Below the pieces are notes generated by a model, which was given only the letters and a program-made list of their open reading frames with translations, did no database searches and was not told the origin of the DNA. A stretch of DNA of 55,050 bases from a virus (Duplodnaviria > Caudoviricetes). Below, in pieces: positions 38,101 to 47,568 of this stretch (positions are counted from its first letter, which is position 1; every line of letters begins with the position of its first letter). The stretch covers positions 1 through 55,050 of the IMG/VR virus record IMGVR_UViG_3300020445_000003; one strand, given 5' to 3'. A program made the translations under genes and the position numbers.

Positions 38101-40443
38101 TCCACTACCAGAACCACCAGCAGTAATTTTAAGATTCTCCCTATCAGTAGCATTATTACTAGGTGCTTCTACACCAAAAGTATATGTCGTACCACCAAAT
38201 GAAGACGTTACATAAGTATTACTATCTACAGAACCATCTGCCTTTAGGAATTCTGATGAGGTTCCACCAGTTACAATAAATTTAGAAGTTTCTATAGTCT
38301 TTTCATCTGCATCAAATTTTAGTCCACTATTACTATGTACTGTTTCAGATCCAGTTGCATCTTTACTGAATAATAAGAAACATTCTGAATCTGCAGTTTC
38401 TCCCGACTCATCTGTTACTGTTATTGTAGATGCATTAACAGTAGACCAGGTAGCATCACCACGTAAGAATTTAACATGATCTCCTGCAGCAGGAGCTACA
38501 ACTAAACCTGCAGCACCTGCAGCAAGATTTGTTGCTGCAGTAAATGCACTATATTGAGTATTAACAGAAGAAATAGTAAGTTCAGTTGCACTAGTACGAT
38601 TTACAAAAACATTAGTTCCACCTGTTAATGTAATATCATCAGCAGTTCCTGAAGAAGGATTTAATCTTAATATAGGATTAGCATCATCAGCTGGATCTCC
38701 TGTTTGCTCAATACTTAAATCATAAGTTGTATTATTATCAGTACTTGGTTTAGTCTCTAACTCTGTTTCAAGTTCTTGTATTGCAACCTTAATTGTGGAA
38801 TTATCTGTAATAGTAGATCCAGTAAATGTTCCAAGATGATCCGATGCTGCTGTAACACCACTCAAAGTAATTAAATGATCTACATCAAGATCTGCTTTGG
38901 TTGCTTGTGTAGCAGCAATATTAAGTTCAGTACCACTGGTTCTAGTAACAGTAACATTACTTCCACCTGTTATTGTAATATCATCGTTAGTTCCACTAAG
39001 TGGACTCAACCTTATATCAGTCGTATTTTCTGGAACAAGTAAATCATAAGTTGTATCAGCACTACCAGCAATTGTTAATTGTGTTCCACTATTACGAGTT
39101 ACAGTAATATTAGATCCACCTGTTATTGTAATATCATCATTAGTAGAATCAGATCCTGCTAATCTTATAGCAGTTGTGCTGTCTGGAACACTTAAATCAT
39201 AAGTTGTATTATCATTATCATTCGCAGCACCAATAGTTAATTTTTTATTAGTCGTATCTGCAGTCAGAGTTACATTAGCACCCTTGACTATTTCAAAAGT
39301 ATCAGTGGTGGTTGCTGCTGTTATAGTATCAAAATCAGTTCCTTCTACACCTGGAGTTACAGAAGTAACACGTATCTTAAAAGATTTAAACTTTAATACG
39401 TCTGGTTTATTAAGTATCTGTGCTAAACCTGTTGTAGCATCCCAGTCAGCATTTACTTGAGAATTATCCCAGGTACCATCAGATTTTAGGAATTTATTAG
39501 TTTCCAGTGCTGTAGATGCAGGTACCAATCCTGCAGTTGTACCACCAAATGCATTATAAGTTGTATCATCAGGAACAACCCAAGTACCATCTGCCCTCAA
39601 AAACTTAGTATCATCATTTGCTGTTGATGTTGGTACTAAACCGCTTGTGGTTCCACTAAAATTTGCAGGAAGTGGAATATTAGTTAATGCAGCACCATCA
39701 CCACTAAATGCAGTAGCAGCAACAGTTCCAGTTACCGTTATTCCCGTAGTAGATGTAACTAATTTTTCTGATCCAGCGTGATATAAACCAGCTCTTGCAT
39801 TACTACCACTGAATAATTTTAGTATTGGTCTCCAACCAGTATCATAGAACTGGTATGCTCCTGTTCCAGGTCCACCATCTGTCTTGAATATTAATGGACC
39901 TGTTCCATCTTCTTTGATATATGAACACCAATCATCACCATCAAGAACCAAATCTCCATTAGAATCCTGTTGATCCTTAAGATCATCAGTATGAGATATT
40001 TTTAAATCGTTACCAGTACCAATTCTTATTTTATTATTATCATCAATATCAATACCACCAACAGTAAGTCTATTTGAATTTGGATTATATTTTAAACCAT
40101 CATCAACTCTTATTGGATTATTACCAGTCTTTGCACCAACAAATGTAACCCACTGATCTGCATTTGTTGAATCTTCATTAGTTCCTACATTACTTGCACT
40201 AGCAGTATTACCTTCACCAGCAGGAATCCATCTGATACCAGCACCTGTGGATGATAAAACTGAACCAGCAGCACCTACTTGCTCATTATTATCAGTAATT
40301 GCACCAGTAAATGTAGAAACTCCACTAACATTAATACCAAGAGCACAATTAATACCGTATTTGTCAAAATCAGCCCGCATGCCATCAATAGTACTTTGGG
40401 CATTCGCATTTGTATCGTCAAAAAATACTATTTGTTGGGCCAT
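35107..40443 (-). CDS. Long modular tail fibre (1778 aa)
   Basis: ERLRI-delimited modules, TTYDL...DDIT.TGG.N repeats x3, GGTSSxFLKAxGxVD x3, and a cupredoxin-like segment. Confidence 0.85.
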   Translation of the reverse strand: MAQQIVFFDDTNANAQSTIDGMRADFDKYGINCALGINVSGVSTFTGAITDNNEQVGAAGSVLSSTGAGIRWIPAGEGNTASASNVGTNEDSTNADQWVTFVGAKTGNNPIRVDDGLKYNPNSNRLTVGGIDIDDNNKIRIGTGNDLKISHTDDLKDQQDSNGDLVLDGDDWCSYIKEDGTGPLIFKTDGGPGTGAYQFYDTGWRPILKLFSGSNARAGLYHAGSEKLVTSTTGITVTGTVAATAFSGDGAALTNIPLPANFSGTTSGLVPTSTANDDTKFLRADGTWVVPDDTTYNAFGGTTAGLVPASTALETNKFLKSDGTWDNSQVNADWDATTGLAQILNKPDVLKFKSFKIRVTSVTPGVEGTDFDTITAATTTDTFEIVKGANVTLTADTTNKKLTIGAANDNDNTTYDLSVPDSTTAIRLAGSDSTNDDITITGGSNITVTRNSGTQLTIAGSADTTYDLLVPENTTDIRLSPLSGTNDDITITGGSNVTVTRTSGTELNIAATQATKADLDVDHLITLSGVTAASDHLGTFTGSTITDNSTIKVAIQELETELETKPSTDNNTTYDLSIEQTGDPADDANPILRLNPSSGTADDITLTGGTNVFVNRTSATELTISSVNTQYSAFTAATNLAAGAAGLVVAPAAGDHVKFLRGDATWSTVNASTITVTDESGETADSECFLLFSKDATGSETVHSNSGLKFDADEKTIETSKFIVTGGTSSEFLKADGSVDSNTYVTSSFGGTTYTFGVEAPSNNATDRENLKITAGGSGSGDQLIGFIAGHNIDIGLNVNDKTFTYSLSDSICVGSSNATIAGNGRIVAHISTNKNVAFNGSQSEVGNVPALVAFKDNGSLTDIGFRGETLRFASTNKESLRVTDTGIAVNGSIHGVDSIDTITSNAATDNSRTNGTYAVSKLAGSVSGTGANFSVVIATSTVPAITVTSGGTHYAVNETLTIPGSSIGGGADITVTVATITSNPLKFSTGGSERLRIHADGEVECKGGAAGQNALLVTGNYSASNNVDIQTWQRSGGAVQAKLIYKDADTSMIFGTDTAHALALMSSGTEIVRITSTGVVVAGHNAATTSGATNNANFNIVGNIGSATGEAQLNLWKRTAPAVDNILGQINFCGDTTGDPGAVIKGEADLAWDQGGDSSDHAGRLTFFTVPDDSSVAEERLRIDSSGRVLIGNTTGGSMNAAADNLVVGSGVGHNGITVFSAADADGWLIFNDAANSNLTGSIQYNHVDNYMAFRTNTTERLRITSAGALQLSDTNSPNDQNTDIWVASDVLNFNAFGTNGAFIFKTGSSSTERLRIESDGLLLSNGSIKNIASIVTWSDDASNQTRTPGTYTFTNLSGNVSGTGAGFTITIADDAANTVTITKTASGRNFAVNETLTFTGSSIGGGSDIVITVDSITPALDITAGSFVKSGGTSSQFLKADGSVDGSVYVTSSGSVASATNAQGLTGTPDITVADVTADALTGFDYLQAPHGSTTTFAVTVATKDSTHRYNGTGSGSGYKIDGVFAPILTLTPGRTYRFTNDNTGSHPLKFYLEADKTTNYTTDVNFQNTYTEITISDDTPNVLYYQCTAHGYMGNAIITNSNVVNSSNDGVIRGSLTATTLVKSGGTSSQFLKANGTVDTNSYSTTSHTHTYQTPLTFSTGLTNSSGTVTADAAVTTTVTLSGGTTAQTVSTVALNSFNVLEYTMYISHSTGMQAQKLLVMCDGTNHHHTEYAVMYSASVLGTFSTSTSGSNVLVKFTPGNSGTTTVKFIKQVVV

Positions 40444-40453
40444 ATCCTACTCT

Positions 40454-40645
40454 TTATTGATATTTATCCTTATCATCATAATCAAATAGAACTTCTCCAC
40501 GAACTTCCAATAATTTTACCTGTGCTACAGATTCAACACACGTCCAATAGGTTTCACCACTGACTCCAAAATGATCACAGAAATACTGTGCCATATCTTC
40601 CTGCAAATCTTGAAGGTCTCTTAGAGCGTCTCTTTGTATTTCCAT
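40454..40645 (-). CDS. Small hypothetical protein (63 aa)
   Basis: ORF track; preceded by a near-consensus sigma70 promoter. Confidence 0.7.
   Translation of the reverse strand: MEIQRDALRDLQDLQEDMAQYFCDHFGVSGETYWTCVESVAQVKLLEVRGEVLFDYDDKDKYQ
40461..40467 (-). promoter_or_regulatory. T4-type late promoter (ATAAATA)
   Basis: GATAAATA about 18 nt upstream of fibre ATG 40443, followed by the SD-like AGGA. Confidence 0.55.
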
Positions 40646-40666
40646 TGTAATACCCTAGAATAAATT

Positions 40667-40695
40667 AGTATACCAAATCCAACTTTAGTTGTCAA
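40667..40695 (-). promoter_or_regulatory. Sigma70-type (early) promoter TTGACA-17-TATACT
   Basis: -35 at 40695-40690, -10 at 40672-40667, 17-nt spacer. Confidence 0.75.
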
Positions 40696-41510
40696 GTTGT
40701 ATAAGTATTGTGATTAGTTGAATTTGGATCAAATTTCCACTTAGAACCGCCATCATCATTAGCTCTTCTTTGTGGATGATCTTTCCAACTATCACCCTCG
40801 TATTCCGTAATAAGACCATTCACATCCTTTCTTTCTCCATATACATGGAAGAAACAATCAATTGGTTTATCATCTGCTTCTTTAATAACTATTGTCTCAT
40901 TATCAAATGAAACTACATTAAGATGGAAATGTCTATCTCCAATAGGTTGCAATTGAACTGTGATACTATCAGAATGGACTAAACCTTTCCAATAATCTGG
41001 TAAGTTAATTACATTAGAATCCTTTAATCTTCCCCTATAATAGACTCCGACCTCTGGACCTTCAATACAAGCATAAGCAAGACGATGGCCCTTTCCTTTA
41101 GTAGGGTGATCAATATCAAAAAGTTTTGGTGATGCATCAGCAGCAGCAAATCTACTAGCAAGTTTTCCTTTATTACCACAGTCTACAGCACCAGTAACAA
41201 AAACATCACCATCAATATACAAAACATCAGTACTTCCTACCTTACTATTAGTAATCTTAACATCACCATCAAAGAGAGCAGCCTTATCATTCTTAACGTG
41301 TAAACTATGAGTCGCACCACTATAAGTATCTGAAGATATTGGTGATCCTATATTAAGTGCTCCTACTGCAGCACCAACTTCATATCTTCCCAAAAAACTA
41401 TACCCAGAATTACATAAAATTCCTATAGAAGTTAAATCACTAACTGTTGGTAATGAATGATCTTCCTCACCCATTCTTACTTTAAAATATTGACCTAACG
41501 GAACTCTCAC
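40692..41510 (-). CDS. gp5-linked spike/fibre-like protein with chaperone-like C-terminal domain (272 aa)
   Basis: KLFDIDHP...LAYACIEGPEVGVYYRG...LPDYWKGLV...VYGERKD domain seen at fibre C-termini; lies in the gp5 operon. Confidence 0.6.
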   Translation of the reverse strand: MRVPLGQYFKVRMGEEDHSLPTVSDLTSIGILCNSGYSFLGRYEVGAAVGALNIGSPISSDTYSGATHSLHVKNDKAALFDGDVKITNSKVGSTDVLYIDGDVFVTGAVDCGNKGKLASRFAAADASPKLFDIDHPTKGKGHRLAYACIEGPEVGVYYRGRLKDSNVINLPDYWKGLVHSDSITVQLQPIGDRHFHLNVVSFDNETIVIKEADDKPIDCFFHVYGERKDVNGLITEYEGDSWKDHPQRRANDDGGSKWKFDPNSTNHNTYTT

Positions 41511-41515
41511 TTATT

Positions 41516-42244
41516 CTATCCTCCAATTACAGTTTCAATAGACCCACCACTAAGTAGTGTCTGTGCATCTTCAATACTCCTTCCAGTATCTTCAGCATAT
41601 GCCATAACTTCTTCATCCCAGTATGCAGCAAATGCTTCAATTCTATCTATAAACTCAGGTACACTATCTGGACCAAGAGTAAGATTTGTACCATCTGATA
41701 TTTCCACATCACTTTCACGAGCAAATATAGAAACATTACCACCAAGCATTGTTACATTACTCTTACCAAACATTTGTAATGCATCAGCAGCAGTTAGTTT
41801 AATGGTAGGTGTATCTAATTTAAATTCTTTGTTTGCTTCTATCTGAAATATTCCTCTATCATCATTTTCCTCTCCGTGAGCCCACATCTTAATATTTTTT
41901 CCTTCTAGAATAATATCTCCATTGTCTGCTTTTATATGAACGTTACCATTTTTAGCATAAACTCCCACAGCAACACTATTATCATCCTTAGTATGAGTAC
42001 TCTCACCAGAAATTATTTCAAATGATTTATTTGAATGCATTTTGCCAGTTCCATTCTTATAAAATCCCATTCCTTGTGCTTCATCAGTATTCAAAACATA
42101 TTCAGAAACACCATATAACTCACTCAAATGATTTGAGACAATTTCAAATCCAGGTCTAGCCATACGAAAATAATTTCTAACTTCTGCCTTTACTATTCTT
42201 TCTATTTCTGACTGTATCTGTGCTTTTGATAATGTTGCCATCAC
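41516..42244 (-). CDS. gp5 C-terminal-like beta-helix spike protein (242 aa)
   Basis: Short repetitive beta strands (GNVHIKADNGDIILEGKNIKM); 4-nt overlap with gp5. Confidence 0.55.
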   Translation of the reverse strand: MMATLSKAQIQSEIERIVKAEVRNYFRMARPGFEIVSNHLSELYGVSEYVLNTDEAQGMGFYKNGTGKMHSNKSFEIISGESTHTKDDNSVAVGVYAKNGNVHIKADNGDIILEGKNIKMWAHGEENDDRGIFQIEANKEFKLDTPTIKLTAADALQMFGKSNVTMLGGNVSIFARESDVEISDGTNLTLGPDSVPEFIDRIEAFAAYWDEEVMAYAEDTGRSIEDAQTLLSGGSIETVIGG

Positions 42245-44706
42245 ATACCTCTATGATCTTCAGTAGGACAATCAATAACACTCGTTATTCCAACCAACGG
42301 TCTTACGGCAGAATCAGTAGTAGTTACTTGAATATCCTTCATTACTGGAACAAAGTTTGCTCCATATCCAGTATTAGTATTTATCCTTAATCTAGGAGTT
42401 GAAGTATATTGATGTGTAGATGTAGAAGTGGGGAATTTGGTTGGAGTAGTTGGATCAAATGTAGTAGATCCTACATCAGTTGTATCTGGTAACACTACTT
42501 TAACAATAGAACCATTGGGAGTTACAACTACTGATGCTTCAATAGTAACTTCATTATCAATAATACTAATAGTATCACCAGATGTATATCCAAGTCCTGG
42601 ATTTACTGGATGTACAGCAGTAACAATTCCCACTGGTTCTATTGCTCCACAATACCCAGATCCACCAGACAATACAATTACACTAGTAATAATTCCATTT
42701 TCAATCACTGGTTCTGCAACTGCACCAGATCCATGATTCGTATTATCAATAATTGAAATACTAGTCTGATCATCATATCCCGTACCACCATAAACAACTT
42801 CTATTGAGAATACTGATTTATCAGTTTTACTAACAGATGCAACTAATATTGCACCAGAACCTCTTCCAGCAACTTCAATCTTAGGTGGAAAACACCGTTC
42901 ATAAGTAAATCCTGGTGGCATTGGAATAATATCATCTTGATCTTGTGGATCATCTGTCTTATCATTACACTCACCAAATATATTACCACCATTACCAAAC
43001 AATGAAGATGTAGCAATGGCACTTTCAATAGTACCAAGTCCACCCAATTCCCATTTACTAGAAGCTCCTCCAGTTAATGTGTTAACTGTACCAAGTATCC
43101 CCGTAATACTTGAATTATCAATAACAGCACCTTGTAAATTTGCTAGATTTCCTCCAGCAATATCTTTAGCTAAATTAAAGTCTCCAAGATATCTTTGAGC
43201 ATCTCCCAATTTACTTTGTATTCCCCCAAAAATGTCAACATTATCCAATGCCTTCTTAAATCCTCCAGATTTATCTGCACCAAGAAGACCTTTTGATGCT
43301 TTCCATTTTCTTGGATTATCACAAGGTGTTTTATCACAAGAATTTAAGAAGTTTACAATACGACCTGCTAAATTACTAGCATTACTAAGAACATTTTTAA
43401 TATTCTGTATTCCACCAGTCAACCAACTAATTCCTGATAATATCGGTCCAGTAAAATTCTCAATCATATTCATAACTTTAGATAAAAGACCACTAACAAA
43501 TTGCTCTGCAGCACAGAATGGGGCATTAACAACTTTACCTATCAAACCCTTAAGCATATTTGTTATGAAACCACCAATTGATTTGCCAACTTTTTTAAAT
43601 ACGCAGAAAAGTAAACCAGCAATACCTTTAGTTACCTTTTTTAATCTAGGAGCATTAAGTAGATTATTTGGATCAACTTTAAGTTGTGCTGTAGCAAATG
43701 TTTCAAAAGAAGTTATAGCCTTTGATATTAAACCTGCTCTTATATTATTAGTAGTCATATTCATAACAGATGCAATACCTGATGCTGTCCTCTTCAGTTC
43801 AGCATCCATATCAACAATCTTATTCAATACTGGATCAATATAAACACCTGCTGCATTTTCAAGACCATTTGTAAATCCAATAAAATCTTGAACTAGATGT
43901 GACATTTTACCTACAGCATCATCACGACAGTTGGATGGTGCTTGATATCCTACATCACCTTTTTTATCTCCTGATCTATCCGATGCACTACCATTACCTT
44001 TTTTATGTGCAGTACTATTAGGAGAAGCCTTTTTATTTTGACTAGAGGCAGAAGGTTGACCACCTGGTCCCCATTCGTTAAGTTCCAATTCAGCATCTGG
44101 ATCTTCAAGATCATCTGGATAACCAGTGACAGTAATTTTTAAAGTATCGGCAACATCATCAGTATTATCAGGCAATTCACCTGCAGGTATAACTTTACCT
44201 GTAACTGTTGGATTCACTTTGCCAATTGGTAAAGTATAATCCTTTGGTCTCTTTGTTGATTTTACACCTTCATCATGTCCAGTATGAGATTTTAGATATG
44301 TACTTCCCTGAGAATCTATTTCCTTTTCTGAAACTTCATCAGAAACATCAGCATGTCTATGAAGAAGTCCCATAATCACTGGTTGTTGAGCTTCCTCACC
44401 ATCCATAAAAAATCCAATACAAGTTTCTCCACCAACAAGACACAATGTATCACCCATCATTCCCTGACCACTTCCAGTAACTGGACTAGACATAACGTGA
44501 GCCCAAGGAAGGTCTTCCTCTGTAATAGTATCATCAAAAGGATGATATCCTACAATTCTTACCTTCACTCTCTGAGACATCATCCCATTTTGCAATAAAG
44601 CAACATTTGTATTCTTCCAAACACTGGCAGGTGAAACTCTCCCAACCCACCAGGTGAATCCGTCTCTTCCAGCTACTGCTGATTTTAATAGGGAATCTGA
44701 AATCAT
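42241..44706 (-). CDS. gp5: Baseplate hub subunit gp5 (OB-fold N-terminus, no recognisable lysozyme domain)
   Basis: GFTWWVGRV...RVKVRIVGYH...LPWAHV...GFFMDGEEAQQPVIMG matches the T4 gp5 N-terminus. Confidence 0.85.
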   Translation of the reverse strand: MISDSLLKSAVAGRDGFTWWVGRVSPASVWKNTNVALLQNGMMSQRVKVRIVGYHPFDDTITEEDLPWAHVMSSPVTGSGQGMMGDTLCLVGGETCIGFFMDGEEAQQPVIMGLLHRHADVSDEVSEKEIDSQGSTYLKSHTGHDEGVKSTKRPKDYTLPIGKVNPTVTGKVIPAGELPDNTDDVADTLKITVTGYPDDLEDPDAELELNEWGPGGQPSASSQNKKASPNSTAHKKGNGSASDRSGDKKGDVGYQAPSNCRDDAVGKMSHLVQDFIGFTNGLENAAGVYIDPVLNKIVDMDAELKRTASGIASVMNMTTNNIRAGLISKAITSFETFATAQLKVDPNNLLNAPRLKKVTKGIAGLLFCVFKKVGKSIGGFITNMLKGLIGKVVNAPFCAAEQFVSGLLSKVMNMIENFTGPILSGISWLTGGIQNIKNVLSNASNLAGRIVNFLNSCDKTPCDNPRKWKASKGLLGADKSGGFKKALDNVDIFGGIQSKLGDAQRYLGDFNLAKDIAGGNLANLQGAVIDNSSITGILGTVNTLTGGASSKWELGGLGTIESAIATSSLFGNGGNIFGECNDKTDDPQDQDDIIPMPPGFTYERCFPPKIEVAGRGSGAILVASVSKTDKSVFSIEVVYGGTGYDDQTSISIIDNTNHGSGAVAEPVIENGIITSVIVLSGGSGYCGAIEPVGIVTAVHPVNPGLGYTSGDTISIIDNEVTIEASVVVTPNGSIVKVVLPDTTDVGSTTFDPTTPTKFPTSTSTHQYTSTPRLRINTNTGYGANFVPVMKDIQVTTTDSAVRPLVGITSVIDCPTEDHRGM

Positions 44707-44966
44707 TCGTCGTAAACTCTACACTCAAATGCGTCTGGATGGTTGTCACAATACACTTCAAGATGTTTATCTTCGTGTCTTGTATGATAGTCATTAATTG
44801 CACCATCATTCTTATCTACCACATCTCCTTTGTGGTATTCATCATACTCTGCGTGAACATCCTTTAAATCTTCTTCACTGTACTCAAGCATACCGTGATT
44901 GATATGTTCCTTATGATCTTTTGGATCAAGATAAACTTCGTGTTCTAAATCGTGCTTAATAGTCAT
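44703..44966 (-). CDS. cp12: CP12-like Calvin-cycle regulator (auxiliary metabolic gene)
   Basis: C-terminal LEVYCDNHPDAFECRVYDE fits the CP12 C-x8-C motif; strong SD AGGAGG upstream. Confidence 0.8.
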   Translation of the reverse strand: MTIKHDLEHEVYLDPKDHKEHINHGMLEYSEEDLKDVHAEYDEYHKGDVVDKNDGAINDYHTRHEDKHLEVYCDNHPDAFECRVYDE

Positions 44967-44974
44967 AAATCCTC

Positions 44975-46279
44975 CTAGTATAGGCCGTAGGAATCTCTCA
45001 TTAATTTGAGAGAAGTAGTATTCTTGTTTGGTTCAAAATGATGTCGTAATTCACGTATCAAATAGTAACCACTCATTTCAGGATCATCTTCTGAAGCCTT
45101 TCCAGCGTTTAAACGTGGAAATGTACACTTGATGATCTCACCAACTTTTAAATTTACATTACATGGAACTAAAATATTTAGTGCCTGTGTAAACAATAAG
45201 TTATATCTGGCAAAAGATTTTGCCATATCAACATGGTCTCTTCCAGTTTCTCCCATTTCACCGAAAGGTTCTGTGATACCATGATCAGACATCCTCATCA
45301 TATATCTAGATGAGTTTTCACCAAAAGGTGCATCAAGTTCTTTAGTTGCTAACTTCTTATCCTTTATCTCATCTGCCAATTTATAATGGTAAGTAGTGAA
45401 TTCATTACTATTAAGATCATAAAAATCAGTTTTATTATTATACATACCCACTCTCAATGATTTTCTCAAATCAATATTTTTTTCCATAAAATGCTTCATT
45501 ATTTTTGTATTATTGTCCGTTTTTCCTGCACTAATTATTTCATCTGCTCTATATAACCACACCGCTTTCTTATTACCTAAACCACTAACCAACTCATCAA
45601 TACTTCTATAATGAAATCCATCTTTATTCTCATAAAATAAAAATCCTGCAGTACCTTTACCCTGAGCTTGCTGACCCTTTCCACTTTGACCCTTTACTCC
45701 TGGAGAAGTAGATACAGATTTTGGTGCTAACCATTGTAAAACATGGAATGGTTTTCGATTACCACCATAAAAAGAATACTTATTTGAGGTATCTTCAATA
45801 TTTTTATCATAATCTTTTTTTGTTTGTAAAATATTCTTCAATATATCCTTTACATGTACACTAATATTATGAGATTGATATTTTTTCAAACACTTAGATT
45901 GCTCATTCATAAAGTATTCTTTTGATACTAAATGTATAGTAAGTAATTCCTTTGCCTTTGATGCAGAAACATCACTTACTTTATACACATACATTGCATT
46001 ATCACCTTCAAGAGAAAAACTTTTAGGAATATCCTTAATCCATTTATTCGAATCAACTTCCAATTCTATTTCTACTTTTTCTCCACCACGTATTGGAATC
46101 TCATTAAACAAACTATGAGAATTAAACAGATTAATACTCATAGTAATAGTTGGTTCCAATATACTTTCAAAATAATCCATCTCAGCAGTTGAGTTAGAAA
46201 TACTTATTGGTGTCTTTCCATTCAGTGGAAAGATCGTCAAGTTCTTAATTTGTAAATGTGTTATTCCCAGAAATGCCAT
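44975..46279 (-). CDS. Putative baseplate hub protein (gp27-like position, 434 aa)
   Basis: YFESI...IRGGEKV, FLFYENKDGFHYRSI and SGYYLIRELRHHF motifs of T4-like hub proteins; synteny. Confidence 0.6.
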   Translation of the reverse strand: MAFLGITHLQIKNLTIFPLNGKTPISISNSTAEMDYFESILEPTITMSINLFNSHSLFNEIPIRGGEKVEIELEVDSNKWIKDIPKSFSLEGDNAMYVYKVSDVSASKAKELLTIHLVSKEYFMNEQSKCLKKYQSHNISVHVKDILKNILQTKKDYDKNIEDTSNKYSFYGGNRKPFHVLQWLAPKSVSTSPGVKGQSGKGQQAQGKGTAGFLFYENKDGFHYRSIDELVSGLGNKKAVWLYRADEIISAGKTDNNTKIMKHFMEKNIDLRKSLRVGMYNNKTDFYDLNSNEFTTYHYKLADEIKDKKLATKELDAPFGENSSRYMMRMSDHGITEPFGEMGETGRDHVDMAKSFARYNLLFTQALNILVPCNVNLKVGEIIKCTFPRLNAGKASEDDPEMSGYYLIRELRHHFEPNKNTTSLKLMRDSYGLY

Positions 46280-47568
46280 TATACTGCAAGTTTAGTAAGT
46301 AGTAAATTTGATGCTATAATATTTACATCATCCGAAGAATTGTCCATTATAATGTTACCTCCACCACCAGTAGGTATAGGTATAGGTATAGGAACGATTC
46401 CACCACCACTTGGAGGTTGCATTCCCTCTGGCACCATAACAATAACTTGATTCTTATTGAAATCTATATTAGATACCTTATTTTCTTTTGGTACAACATC
46501 ATAAACATCAGGATTTGGAAATACATCCATAAAATCCCACCACTGATTCAATCCTCCTCCTTTATTCATTTTTAATTCAAACTTATCTTCTCCTGTCTTT
46601 TTATCCGAAAATCCAATATCCATATCTCTCAAGGATTGCTTCGTGCCATTTGATTTTAATCTATATGTATCACTATTAATTAAAGAACATCCCTTACAAA
46701 AATCATCAACTACATTATCAAATTTATTTAAAGTATTAGAAAATGACAATCCAGATTCCACTTTAGGTGTATCTTTAGATTTATATTTAGATTTATCTTT
46801 AGATTCACCCTTTACCTTTGAATAAATCCCCTTCATTATCTCCTCTCCCAAAAGACCACCAACAAGACCACCAATAACTTCACCAGCAACTAACAAAGGT
46901 CCGTCTGGTATCAAAAATCCCAAACCAGCACCTATACCTGCAGCAGTTAATCTTGAACCAACCTCATATCCTACACCACCTACAACTGCTTCATCAGTAG
47001 GAGTTCCTGTTGCCATATCAATTCCTGCAGTAGCAATACCACCCCCGATACCACGTTTAAATAATCTTTTATTAAATCGGTTAAACCAATTAGACTTTTT
47101 AAGTATTTCTTCTGTTCCTTTACCCATAGTCACCTTTGTCTTCTTTGATCCTCCAAATAATCTTTGGAACCAATTAGTCTTTCTCGCAACAGTTACTCCA
47201 GTACCAAGTGCTGCTCCAGTAAAAACTCCCGTTTTAAGCATTCCCAATCCTGGAGCTTCAGGCATTTCAAACTCAGTTCCATCTAATATTTTCTTCAATA
47301 CAGATGCACCTACAATAGATGCACCACCTAATGCAAGTAATCCTAATAAACCAATTCCTCCACCCTTAACACTTATACCCTTTATATCCTTTTTCTTTGG
47401 TAATTTTATTTTTTCTAATTCTTTAGTACTAGAATCTATCCATTTAATAAATTTTGAATAATCTCTTTTCCTATTAAATTTTAAAGCCTTCACAGATACC
47501 ACAGAAGGATTAGTCGTAATTCTTCTGGCAGATTTAATTATTTCTGAATTGGATACTGCTATTGTCAT
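46279..47568 (-). CDS. Tape-measure/hub-like protein (429 aa)
   Basis: Gly/Ala-rich hydrophobic stretches and basic segments; position between gp51 and the hub gene. Confidence 0.5.
   Translation of the reverse strand: MTIAVSNSEIIKSARRITTNPSVVSVKALKFNRKRDYSKFIKWIDSSTKELEKIKLPKKKDIKGISVKGGGIGLLGLLALGGASIVGASVLKKILDGTEFEMPEAPGLGMLKTGVFTGAALGTGVTVARKTNWFQRLFGGSKKTKVTMGKGTEEILKKSNWFNRFNKRLFKRGIGGGIATAGIDMATGTPTDEAVVGGVGYEVGSRLTAAGIGAGLGFLIPDGPLLVAGEVIGGLVGGLLGEEIMKGIYSKVKGESKDKSKYKSKDTPKVESGLSFSNTLNKFDNVVDDFCKGCSLINSDTYRLKSNGTKQSLRDMDIGFSDKKTGEDKFELKMNKGGGLNQWWDFMDVFPNPDVYDVVPKENKVSNIDFNKNQVIVMVPEGMQPPSGGGIVPIPIPIPTGGGGNIIMDNSSDDVNIIASNLLLTKLAV

Noticed and set aside
20940-38269. Near-identical repeats as a diversity-generating retroelement (TR/VR)
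   Set aside because: No reverse transcriptase in the window; repeats are short, both copies are coding, and mismatches are not adenine-specific.
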